Source: Bdellovibrionia bacterium
GTDB taxonomy: Bacteria > Bdellovibrionota > UBA1018
Assembly (NCBI GenBank): GCA_049424145.1
Contig: JBMSSC010000065.1
Coordinates: 1 to 14,862 of the forward strand
Reading direction: 5' to 3'
Length of the DNA stretch: 14,862 nt
Shown here: positions 1 through 7,813 of the stretch, in pieces
Numbering within the stretch: the first letter of the stretch is position 1
Layout of the letters: each line of letters begins with the position of its first letter
Notes under the pieces: model-generated
Seen by the model: only the letters and a program-made list of their open reading frames with translations
What the model was told of the DNA's origin: nothing
Database searches by the model: none
Translations under genes and position numbers: made by a program

Positions 1-1476
1 AAGGGTTTTGAATCTGTTATCAATGCCATGATTTCTGATATGCCCACCCGAGACAGTGCAGCCATTCCTGTGGATCAAAAAGAGTTGATGGCCTCCGCGA
101 AACAAGGGCCTGCCGTCATTCTTTCCCTTGAGGATGCCATGAATCGGTACGGGGGGCGTCTGGGATCTTTTCAAGTGGGCAATGTGAGCGCCCGTGATTT
201 TATTCAAAGAGAATTAAGCCGCTGTTACCAAGCCGCTCAAAAACCCATGAGTGAAGAGGTCAATCGAGAGGATCGATCCATTGGGAAAGCTCGCTTTGAG
301 CTTCAGCAAGCACGACAGGCTAATGCTTCCATGGCTCGTCAGTTGTTGGATGATGCAAGTCAGGTTTACTCGGCGAATATGACCTCTTTGGCTGGGCAAG
401 GCGTGCCACCGAATACAGCGGGATGCTTGGATCGGACTCCGGAGATTGCCTTGGGCTGTGTGAAGAATTTGAGAGTGGCTCTCAATAATCAATTGATGGG
501 CACAGGCATGGATCAATTTAAAATGTCAGGAAAGTTTTCAGGGACCCAGACTTCCCAGGGGATTCCCTATACTTGTCGGGGTTTAAATGGTTGTATTGCA
601 ACCATGCAGTCGTTGGATCAAAAACTCACCAATGAAACAAAAAGACTCACGACTTACAAATCACAGTACGTTTTGAATGCCAATCAAAACGTCGATACAT
701 TTGCAAAAAATATTGCTTCCCAGTTGAGTGTTCAGAATCAAATGCTAGCTCAACGACTCAAATTGATGGGGATCGTGTTACCTCCTGTTCCCGGTGAACA
801 GCTTCAAAAGGATGCCGATGGCCTTTATCAGACACCAAAAAATGCCTTAAATTTTATTGGTCAATTTGCGAATCCCCCACTACTGGATCCGAACAGCTCG
901 GCGCTCGCCTCGGCGATCAAAGACAGCGAGTCGCAGGCTCAGCAGGCCTCATCTAACTTGGCCAGGCTTCAGGTGCAGCGAGCTCAGCTTTCGGCCTTAG
1001 GTCCTTCTTGTAAAGCACAGGCGGCAGGAGCAGCCTTGGACTCAAGTCTTTCGGGAGCAGAGTATCAAGCCTCCGATCTTGCCGATGCCAACTGTGGTCA
1101 GGTGTTGCCGGATTGTGCTGCTCGACAAAATGACCTCTCAAGAATTATGACCGAGCTAAGGGGGAACGCATCCGTTACGAGCTATTCGACTTTTCATTCC
1201 TTAAACTCAGGGATTTCGCAGGTCTGTAATTCCTCCAGCACCGGACAGAGTTCCTCTCGAACGCTCACGGCACAGCAGTGTCAGATGGCGTTCAATAGCT
1301 TAAAAGGTTCTCTGCAAAGTGCTGCGGTCAATGCCAAAACTGCAGGCTCTGCTGGAAGCGCCAATATGGGAGGCGGGATGTATCCCGGTGGGATGTATCC
1401 TGGTGGAGGCATGATGCCGGGTGGGATGTATCCTGGAGGAGGGATGTATCCGTCCGGGGGTTACATTCCTCGTTAG
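1..1476 (+). CDS. 3' part of a large hypothetical protein (5'-truncated); Gln/Ser/Ala-rich, 10 Cys, Gly-Met-Tyr-Pro repeat C-terminus
   Basis: Frame is open from base 1 (KGFESVINAM...) to TAG at 1474-1476, so the ORF-track ATG at 28 is probably internal. No family motif recognised. Confidence 0.85.
   Translation, partial: KGFESVINAMISDMPTRDSAAIPVDQKELMASAKQGPAVILSLEDAMNRYGGRLGSFQVGNVSARDFIQRELSRCYQAAQKPMSEEVNREDRSIGKARFELQQARQANASMARQLLDDASQVYSANMTSLAGQGVPPNTAGCLDRTPEIALGCVKNLRVALNNQLMGTGMDQFKMSGKFSGTQTSQGIPYTCRGLNGCIATMQSLDQKLTNETKRLTTYKSQYVLNANQNVDTFAKNIASQLSVQNQMLAQRLKLMGIVLPPVPGEQLQKDADGLYQTPKNALNFIGQFANPPLLDPNSSALASAIKDSESQAQQASSNLARLQVQRAQLSALGPSCKAQAAGAALDSSLSGAEYQASDLADANCGQVLPDCAARQNDLSRIMTELRGNASVTSYSTFHSLNSGISQVCNSSSTGQSSSRTLTAQQCQMAFNSLKGSLQSAAVNAKTAGSAGSANMGGGMYPGGMYPGGGMMPGGMYPGGGMYPSGGYIPR
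1366..1464 (+). repeat. Coding tandem repeat encoding MGGGMYPGGMYPGGGMMPGGMYPGGGMYPSGGY
   Basis: GGGATGTATCC occurs exactly 4 times (1375, 1390, 1423, 1441), plus one degenerate GMMP unit. Confidence 0.95.
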
Positions 1477-1486
1477 CGAAACTCTA

Positions 1487-1520
1487 GGTGTCGCCCATCG
1501 GGTGATATCCGCCCTGTTTT
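1487..1520 (+). terminator. Possible intrinsic terminator/hairpin after the hypothetical gene
   Basis: GGTGTCGCCC-ATC-GGGTGATATC forms a 10-bp stem with 3 G-U pairs (1487-1509). The T run (TGTTTT, 1515-1520) is short and offset from the stem. Confidence 0.4.
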
Positions 1521-1543
1521 AACGACGCTTCTTCGGGGAAGTA

Positions 1544-1552
1544 TGATAGTCT
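1544..1552 (+). promoter_or_regulatory. Extended -10 promoter candidate (TG-A-TAGTCT) for dapF
   Basis: TGnTAnnnT ends 6 nt before the ATG at 1559. An overlapping TATGAT lies at 1542-1547. There is no Shine-Dalgarno directly before the ATG. Confidence 0.5.
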
Positions 1553-1558
1553 TCAGAC

Positions 1559-2392
1559 ATGCAGTGCATTGAGTTCACCAAAATGCAGGGTTTAGGCAAT
1601 GACTTCATTGTAATCGATGAGCTTCGATCGACATTTTTGGATCGACTTTGGGTCGATGGGAGCTTTGCCCAGAGAATTTGTGATCGTCGATTCGGTGTTG
1701 GAGCCGATCAGATTTTATGGCTCAAACAGCCCCATGGAAAAGGCCCTGATGCTCGGATGGAGATTCTTAATGCCGATGGGTCTCAGGCCGAGATGTGTGG
1801 AAATGGGATTCGAGCGGTTGCCATCTACTTAAATCGCCACCATTTTCAGGACCGTTTGCAGTTTGAAATTGAGACGCTTGCAGGATTAAAATTAGTTCAA
1901 CTCAGGGGGCAGAAAGTCACCGTGGATATGGGAGCTCCCACACTGGGAGGTGGTTTTCCTCAAGGAGAATCCTTAGAGGTGATGGGTCAATCCCTGACTT
2001 TTTTTGAAGTGAATATGGGAAATCCTCACGCCGTATTTTTTGAAGGTCCCAACCTCAGTGCTCTTCGCTTGGAGGAGTTGGGTCCTCAGATTGAAACTCA
2101 TTTGAGATTTCCCAATCGAACGAATGTGGAATGGGTGACCGTGGAGAATTCTCACCGGATTTCCGTTCGAGTATGGGAAAGAGGAGCGGGGATCACGCTA
2201 GCTTGTGGCACGGGTGCTTGTGCAGCGGCCGTGGCAGCACTGGCAACCGCTCGGGTGAAAACGCCGCTTGAGGTGGTTTTGCCCGGCGGAACTCTTCAGA
2301 TCCATTGGCAAGGGGGCTCTTCCTCCGTTCAAATGGAAGGGCCTGCTCAAGAAGTGTTTCGCGGTCAGTTCGAGCTTCCGGCTTCCGGTTGA
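1559..2392 (+). CDS. dapF: Diaminopimelate epimerase
   Basis: 277 aa with motifs TKMQGLGNDF, DRRFGVGADQ, NADGSQAEMCGNGIR, MGNPH and ERGAGITLACGTGACA; both catalytic Cys present. Confidence 0.98.
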   Translation: MQCIEFTKMQGLGNDFIVIDELRSTFLDRLWVDGSFAQRICDRRFGVGADQILWLKQPHGKGPDARMEILNADGSQAEMCGNGIRAVAIYLNRHHFQDRLQFEIETLAGLKLVQLRGQKVTVDMGAPTLGGGFPQGESLEVMGQSLTFFEVNMGNPHAVFFEGPNLSALRLEELGPQIETHLRFPNRTNVEWVTVENSHRISVRVWERGAGITLACGTGACAAAVAALATARVKTPLEVVLPGGTLQIHWQGGSSSVQMEGPAQEVFRGQFELPASG

Positions 2393-2416
2393 GCCTGGCG
2401 TTGAGACTGAAACGAA

Positions 2417-2641
2417 TCAGTGATCCATTTGAGAAAGGGGATTCAGATAAAGCCGAAAGGTTTTATCTCGATGTCGTCGAATGGCAAAGCTGCCGTTTTC
2501 CTTCTCGCTCGAGAGCTTTGCGTAAAACTCAGGATCAATCTCCGCGATCTCTTGAACACTCTTTCCTTCGTATTTCCCGAAATCAATAATGACCTGATTT
2601 TCCTCAATAATGCCCGTCACCGGACTGTTGGTGTTGCTCAT
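2417..2641 (-). CDS. Small hypothetical protein (74 aa) with IDFGKYEGKS motif (DUF3820/QSregVF_b-like module)
   Basis: Purine-rich RBS AGGAAGGGGGAG immediately precedes the ATG at 2641, favoured over the ORF-track start at 2662. Contains the FGKYxGxxxxE...DPxxY pattern. Confidence 0.8.
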   Translation of the reverse strand: MSNTNSPVTGIIEENQVIIDFGKYEGKSVQEIAEIDPEFYAKLSSEKENGSFAIRRHRDKTFRLYLNPLSQMDH

Positions 2642-2961
2642 ACTCCCCCTTCCTAGTCTCAAAACGCTTCAACTTGGAGATCTAAGGGATCTGATTGTCA
2701 GTTCCCCACAATGACTTCGAAAGACTTTTTAAGTCCCCCGCTCCAAACGAGTTTTTTCTGAGTGTAAACGTTTCTGGATCGACTTTCAACCTGCTCTCGG
2801 AGAGTTCCTCTTGGTCCCTGAAAAATACGGAAGCCTTCAAATCACTCACCCTCGTTCGGAGGCGTTTGTTGGATCAAATATCTCGATCTTGTGGGTTTTC
2901 ATTCTTGGATTCCCTCGCTCGGATTCCCACGGAGCGTCAGACAAAAGCAGAGCTTCCCTTT

Positions 2962-2981
2962 GGGCTTTATGGTATAAGCCC
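2962..2981 (+). promoter_or_regulatory. Candidate pur operon promoter: extended -10 (TG-G-TATAAG, 2970-2978) inside inverted repeat GGGCTT-N8-AAGCCC
   Basis: Read directly. The -10 ends 8 nt upstream of the purF ATG; no convincing -35 or SD. Confidence 0.45.
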
Positions 2982-2986
2982 TGGGC

Positions 2987-4519
2987 ATGTGCGGCATAGT
3001 CGGTTTAATTGGAACCCAAGAAGCGGCTCAAGAAGCCTTCTTGGCGCTGACCACCCTTCAGCACCGTGGACAAGATGCAGCGGGTATTCTTTCCTATGAT
3101 GATTCGGGATTTCATCGGGTGAAAAATACAGGACTTGTTGAGGCTGTTTTTACCCGAGAAAACATGAAAAATCTGACCGGTCAGATCGCCATTGGTCATG
3201 CTCGCTACAGTACTATCGGAAGAGGCGACTTAATTGATGTTCAGCCCTTCTTATTGAGCTATCCGTTTGGTTTAGGGATGGTTCACAATGGGAATATCGT
3301 CAATTGTCAGCAGCTAGCGGAGGATTTAAAAGTTCGAGCCAAGCGCAGGCTGCTCACTCAGTCCGATACGGAAATTGTTTTAAATCTTTTTGCCGAAGGC
3401 TTGGCTCGCTGGGATATCAACCAAGCAGAGAGTTCGGCGACGGCCTTTGAACGGGTTTGTTCTTCCGTGGCTCAAATCTTTCAGCAAGTCAATGGCAGCT
3501 ACAGTATTCTGACTTTAATTGCAGATCAAGGCCTAGTTGCGTTTCGTGATCCGCATGGGATTCGTCCGATGGTCATGGGGCGAAAAAAAAATGAACGGGG
3601 GAGCTGGGCTTACATGATTGCGTCTGAGAGCGTCTGCTTGCCGTTTTTGGGGTATGAGTGGGTGCGGGACATTGAGCCGGGAGAAGTGCTGTTGATTGAC
3701 TTTCAAGGGCAGATTCACTCGCGTGTTTTAGATAGAAAAACGTCCAGTCACTGCATGTTTGAATGGGTTTATTTTGCATCCCCTGAATCCGTCATGGATC
3801 AGATCCCTGTGTATAAATCTCGAATTCTGCTCGGAAAACAGCTGGCCGCTCAAATTCAAAAACAGATGACAGAAACGGGCATGGAAGTGGATCTAGTGGT
3901 CCCTGTTCCGGAGACCTCTCGGATTGCAGCTATTGCTTTGGCAGAAGAGCTTAAGATCCCGTATCGAGAGGTTTTGATTAAAAACCGCTATATCAAGAGG
4001 ACGTTCATATTAGACTCTCAGGAAAAAAGGGAGACGGCCGTGAATCTAAAACTCTCTCCCGTTCACTCGGAGATTCGTGGAAAACGAGTCTTGTTAGTCG
4101 ATGATTCGATTGTTCGCGGAACCACCTCCAAGAAGATCATTGATCTCGTGAGAAGCGCCGGCGCCTCACGCGTTTATTTTGTCTCAACGTGTCCCCCTGT
4201 TCAGCATCCGTGCTACTATGGCATTGATTTTCCGCTTGAGTCTGAATTGATTGCCTCAGGTAGGAGTCTTCATGAAATCGAACGGGAATTAGGGGCTGAT
4301 GCCGTCATTTACCAATCGGAGCAGGGACTTGAGCAAGCGATGCTTCAAGCGGCTCAAGAGGTCGCTGAAAAATCAAAAGTCGGTGCGCCGGGTGGAACGC
4401 CTGCTCGTCCTCCTCGGTTGTGTATGGCCTGTTTGAATGGTCAATATCCCACTAACGTCAGTCAACCCGGATCTTGCTTTGCGTCCCATCGCAGAGAGGA
4501 TCGCAAGGAGAGTCAATGA
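2987..4519 (+). CDS. purF: Amidophosphoribosyltransferase
   Basis: N-terminal MCGIVG (Ntn Cys), LQHRGQDAAG, GHARYST, HNGNIVN, RDPHGIRP, PRPP motif VLLVDDSIVRGTT, YYGIDFP. Confidence 0.98.
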   Translation: MCGIVGLIGTQEAAQEAFLALTTLQHRGQDAAGILSYDDSGFHRVKNTGLVEAVFTRENMKNLTGQIAIGHARYSTIGRGDLIDVQPFLLSYPFGLGMVHNGNIVNCQQLAEDLKVRAKRRLLTQSDTEIVLNLFAEGLARWDINQAESSATAFERVCSSVAQIFQQVNGSYSILTLIADQGLVAFRDPHGIRPMVMGRKKNERGSWAYMIASESVCLPFLGYEWVRDIEPGEVLLIDFQGQIHSRVLDRKTSSHCMFEWVYFASPESVMDQIPVYKSRILLGKQLAAQIQKQMTETGMEVDLVVPVPETSRIAAIALAEELKIPYREVLIKNRYIKRTFILDSQEKRETAVNLKLSPVHSEIRGKRVLLVDDSIVRGTTSKKIIDLVRSAGASRVYFVSTCPPVQHPCYYGIDFPLESELIASGRSLHEIERELGADAVIYQSEQGLEQAMLQAAQEVAEKSKVGAPGGTPARPPRLCMACLNGQYPTNVSQPGSCFASHRREDRKESQ

Positions 4520-5724
4520 TCCCTGTCATTTATCGTGGGTCGGTGAAAGATGTCTTAGGGCCCCTTTTAGTGGAGAGGCAATCCTCCGTGATTTTTGAAT
4601 ACTCCGATTCGTTCTCCGTCTTTGATTGGGGAAGAATGCCCGATCTTCTGCACAAAAAAGGAGAGGCACTAGCGGTGCTTGCCGCAAGCCTTTTTGAGCG
4701 TTTTGAGAGGGCGGACACTTGGAAGGAGTTTTCTCGATCTCCGATGGCTTTGGCCATGAGAAAAGCCAACCGTTTTGGGGCTGTCTTCAACGAGATTGGA
4801 GAAGAACTTCAGTCCAGTGGTCTAAGAACTCATTACTTAGGGGTGCTTGAGCCCACTTCATCTCAAAGCTCGTCCAAACCTTGGTCGCTTCATTCCCTCA
4901 GTCAAGTTCAAAGTCCTTTTCGTAAAATCGCCGTTCGACAAGTGCATGTCGTCAAGCCCCACTTAAGTTCAATCTTAGGGCGCGTTCTGCCGGATTATTA
5001 TCCCACACGTCATGCTCCCACTCCAAAGCTCATCCCCTTGGAAGTGGTGTTTCGCTTTAGTTGCCCCGAAGGCAGCTCCCTGATGGAGCGTGCCGGGCGG
5101 GATCCCGCTTATATGGCTTCCATTGGTTTTCCTGATGTGAGCGTCAACTCACGCTCCCTTTGGGACTTTCCCGTGCTGGAGCTCTTCACTAAGCTTGAAG
5201 CCACCGATCGGCCCGTCAGTTTATCTGAGGCACTGGCAATCTCCGGTCTTCTGGCTAGCCAACTTCAGGAGATTTTGCTTAAAACGGCCTGGGTGGGGGC
5301 TTTGTTGCGCCATTGGCTTGCCCAACTGGGACTTGAGCTAGCGGATGGAAAAATCGAATGGGCCATCGATGCCCAGGGAAAATGCTTTTTGGTCGATGCC
5401 ATTGGGCCCGATGAACTACGGATCCTTAAAGATGGCATCCAGCTCTCTAAGGAGTTTTTGCGTAATTATTATCGCAATAGCAGCTGGTATCAATCCGTTG
5501 AAAACGCCAAGGGGCAAGCCAAGTGGTCAGGTGTTTCGGATTGGAAGAAACTGGTTGCAGAGGCTCCCCCCGCCTTACCGTCTCAGGTTCGAGACTTAGC
5601 CTCTCAGATGTACCTGTCTTTGGCCAATGAGCTTGCTGAGAAAAAGTGGTTTTCCGAAGCACGAGGAATTCAAAGTGTGGTGGAGGAGTGTCAAGGTCTG
5701 AGCCTGAGTCGGGCGTCTTTTTAG
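4516..5724 (+). CDS. purC: SAICAR synthetase, long form (402 aa)
   Basis: YRGSVKD, YSDSFSVFDWGRMPD, KG, THYLG, IPLEVVFR, FTKLEATDR, LADGKIEW, LVDAIGPDELR, LSKEFLR. Start set at ATG 4516 (ATGA overlap with the purF stop, SD AAGGAG). Confidence 0.93.
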   Translation: MIPVIYRGSVKDVLGPLLVERQSSVIFEYSDSFSVFDWGRMPDLLHKKGEALAVLAASLFERFERADTWKEFSRSPMALAMRKANRFGAVFNEIGEELQSSGLRTHYLGVLEPTSSQSSSKPWSLHSLSQVQSPFRKIAVRQVHVVKPHLSSILGRVLPDYYPTRHAPTPKLIPLEVVFRFSCPEGSSLMERAGRDPAYMASIGFPDVSVNSRSLWDFPVLELFTKLEATDRPVSLSEALAISGLLASQLQEILLKTAWVGALLRHWLAQLGLELADGKIEWAIDAQGKCFLVDAIGPDELRILKDGIQLSKEFLRNYYRNSSWYQSVENAKGQAKWSGVSDWKKLVAEAPPALPSQVRDLASQMYLSLANELAEKKWFSEARGIQSVVEECQGLSLSRASF

Positions 5725-5780
5725 ATCAAAAGCGGTTGGATCTGAGTGGAGCAAAAGGAGAGGTCAAGGGGTTTAAAGTC

Positions 5781-7148
5781 ATGTCTTCAGTATTGGTGAT
5801 GGGTTCAGGAGCCAGAGAACATGCTCTGGCGTGGAAGTTATCTCAGTCGCCTAAGGTATCTCACATCATCGTGGCTCCGGGAAACCCCGGGATGCCCGCG
5901 CATTGGGAGCGTTGGCCACTGGATTTAAATGCGGCGCTTGGTCCTCAAGCTGAAGTCATTTTTTCCAAGCTTGCGCATCGAGCCAAGCAAGCAGACGTGA
6001 GTTTAGTGGTGGTCGGTCCGGATCAGCCGCTCTCTGAAGGGGCTGTGGATCAACTCAAACGCGCGGGTCTTGTGGTTTTTGGGCCCCAAGCCCAGGCGGC
6101 GCGCATTGAGTCGAGTAAGTCCTTTGCCAAGCAGCTCATGAAGCAAGCAAGCATCCCCACCGCGCGCTACTGGGTCGCAGCTGACATCGAAGAAGCAAGA
6201 AAGATTCTTAAATCCCTCCCCTGGGGGCCCTCGCTGCGCCCCAAGCGTTCATCCTCTCATTCCTTAGGATGGGTGATCAAAGCCGATGGGCTCGCTCTTG
6301 GCAAAGGAGTTCGCGTTTGTGATCGCCTGGACGAAGCACTTGAGGCGTGCCAGGAGCTTGGGGCTTTGTGCTTTCCTCACAACCCAAGACTGGTCATTGA
6401 AGAAAAAGTGAGCGGTCAGGAGCTCTCGTGGATGGCTTTTTGTGATGGTTCAACCTGTGCCTTACTGGAGCCTGCTCAAGACTACAAACGATTGCTCGAT
6501 GGAGATCTAGGACCCAATACCGGCGGAATGGGGGCTTTGAGTCCAGTGCCGGGTGTGCCTCGATCGTGGTTCAATCGAATTCGAGAGGAAGTGTTTCTTC
6601 CCGCGTTGCGTGAGATGAAGAACTTGGGTCATCCGTTTGCTGGGCTTCTTTACGCAGGGTTGATGGTGGATTGGGAAGCGGATCGTTACTGGGTGCTTGA
6701 GTTTAATGCACGCTTTGGAGATCCTGAAACTCAGGTGCTTTTACCCCGATTCAAGGGAGATCTACTTCCTTGGCTGATGGCCTCAGCTCAGGGAGATTTA
6801 AGTGGGCTTCCCGCTGAAGTCCCCTTTGAACCGGATGCTGCGGTTTACGTGGTGGCAGGATCTCAAGGTTATCCGCAAGCCCCTCGCTTGGGTCAGCGCA
6901 TTGAGATTGGAGCTCAATCCCCCCACCCAGAGGTGGAGATGAAGGGATCAGCTGAGCTTCCCTCCTATTTTTTTGCAGGGGTCAAGGAGGATGCTGAGCG
7001 CCATTTGTGTTCCTCAGGCGGACGCGTCATGGGAGCTCTCGGTTTAGCTCCCTCCCTAGCAGCGGCGAGGCAGAAGGCGTATGAGAATTTATCTCAGGTC
7101 CGCTTTGATGGCATGATTTGGAGATCGGATATTGGGTGTGGTCTGTGA
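5781..7148 (+). CDS. purD: Phosphoribosylamine-glycine ligase (GAR synthetase)
   Basis: VLVMGSGAREHALAWKL, APGNPG, IESSKSFAK, VIKADGLALGKGV, QDYKRLLDGDLGPNTGGMGA, LEFNARFGDPETQ. Start set at ATG 5781 (AAGGGG 9 nt upstream). Confidence 0.97.
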   Translation: MSSVLVMGSGAREHALAWKLSQSPKVSHIIVAPGNPGMPAHWERWPLDLNAALGPQAEVIFSKLAHRAKQADVSLVVVGPDQPLSEGAVDQLKRAGLVVFGPQAQAARIESSKSFAKQLMKQASIPTARYWVAADIEEARKILKSLPWGPSLRPKRSSSHSLGWVIKADGLALGKGVRVCDRLDEALEACQELGALCFPHNPRLVIEEKVSGQELSWMAFCDGSTCALLEPAQDYKRLLDGDLGPNTGGMGALSPVPGVPRSWFNRIREEVFLPALREMKNLGHPFAGLLYAGLMVDWEADRYWVLEFNARFGDPETQVLLPRFKGDLLPWLMASAQGDLSGLPAEVPFEPDAAVYVVAGSQGYPQAPRLGQRIEIGAQSPHPEVEMKGSAELPSYFFAGVKEDAERHLCSSGGRVMGALGLAPSLAAARQKAYENLSQVRFDGMIWRSDIGCGL

Positions 7149-7813
7149 AATCGGATGTGTCTGTTTCCATTGCTATATTAGCGTCCGGGCGGGGTTCAAA
7201 TTTTTGGGCGATTCATCAAGCGATTGAGGCCAATGAGCTTCAGGCTCGAATCGTGGCCGTGGTCTCGGATCAAAAGGATGCCTTAGTCCTGAGCCGCGCT
7301 CAGCAGGCTCAGGTCCCCGCTTTTTGCGTGCCTTGGCCCGACCGAAAGCTTTTTTCCTCCTCATCCGAGCTCAGAGCCGATCATGAACAGAGGGTTTTAA
7401 AAGCACTCGAGCCGTTTGCCCCTCGCTTCTTAGTCTTAGCCGGGTACATGAGGATCTTAAGTCCCCTTCTAATTGAAGCGTTTCGCTCTGAGTGCGGGTA
7501 CTCGCGAATCGTCAATATTCATCCCTCGCTTCTGCCCGCTTTCTGCGGAGTTCACTCCTATGCTCAGGCGTTTCATTATGGTGTGAAGTGGACGGGTGTG
7601 ACCGTTCACTTCGTGGAGTCGGCCGTGGATACCGGACCGATTTGTGCTCAAGAGGTGTTTCCGATTTCTGATTGTCAAACGCCAGAGGAAGTGGAAAAAA
7701 GGGGACTTGAGATTGAACATCGCCTTTTTCCTGAAACGTTAAAGTGGTTGCTGCCAGAACAATTCAGATTAGAAACTCGTGCTGAAGGGAGAATTTGTGT
7801 TTGCCCGAATTGA
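7145..7813 (+). CDS. purN: Phosphoribosylglycinamide formyltransferase
   Basis: IAILASGRGSN, LAGYMRIL, NIHPSLLP, GVTVHFV..VDTGPI, EHRLFP. GTG 7145 overlaps the purD stop (GTGA); GTG 7157 is an alternative start. Confidence 0.96.
   Translation: MKSDVSVSIAILASGRGSNFWAIHQAIEANELQARIVAVVSDQKDALVLSRAQQAQVPAFCVPWPDRKLFSSSSELRADHEQRVLKALEPFAPRFLVLAGYMRILSPLLIEAFRSECGYSRIVNIHPSLLPAFCGVHSYAQAFHYGVKWTGVTVHFVESAVDTGPICAQEVFPISDCQTPEEVEKRGLEIEHRLFPETLKWLLPEQFRLETRAEGRICVCPN

Noticed and set aside
1375..1451. GGGATGTATCC repeats as a CRISPR or iteron array
   Set aside because: Only 11 bp, in frame, with spacing in multiples of 3 (15, 33, 18); explained by the peptide repeat.
2305..2656. Plus-strand ORFs 2305-2589 and 2420-2656
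   Set aside because: Shadows of dapF and of the minus-strand 74-aa gene, which has the RBS and the motif.
2642..2986. Purine, ZTP or PRPP (ykkC) riboswitch upstream of purF
   Set aside because: No recognisable consensus or terminator, only 4-5-bp hairpins, and the best promoter candidate abuts the start codon. An Rfam scan would settle it.
2695..3099. 134-aa ORF and 62-aa ORF (2811-2999) in the purF upstream region
   Set aside because: Non-ATG starts, no RBS, out-of-frame overlap with purF and no motifs.
3583..3591. A9 tract in purF as a phase-variation or frameshift site
   Set aside because: In frame (RKKN), the gene is intact, and no meaningful alternative-frame product is evident.
4474..7796. 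Longer ORF-track starts for purC (4474), purD (5646), purN (7118) and purL (7779)
   Set aside because: The extensions overlap upstream genes and precede the family N-terminal motifs; the downstream starts have an SD or stop/start coupling.
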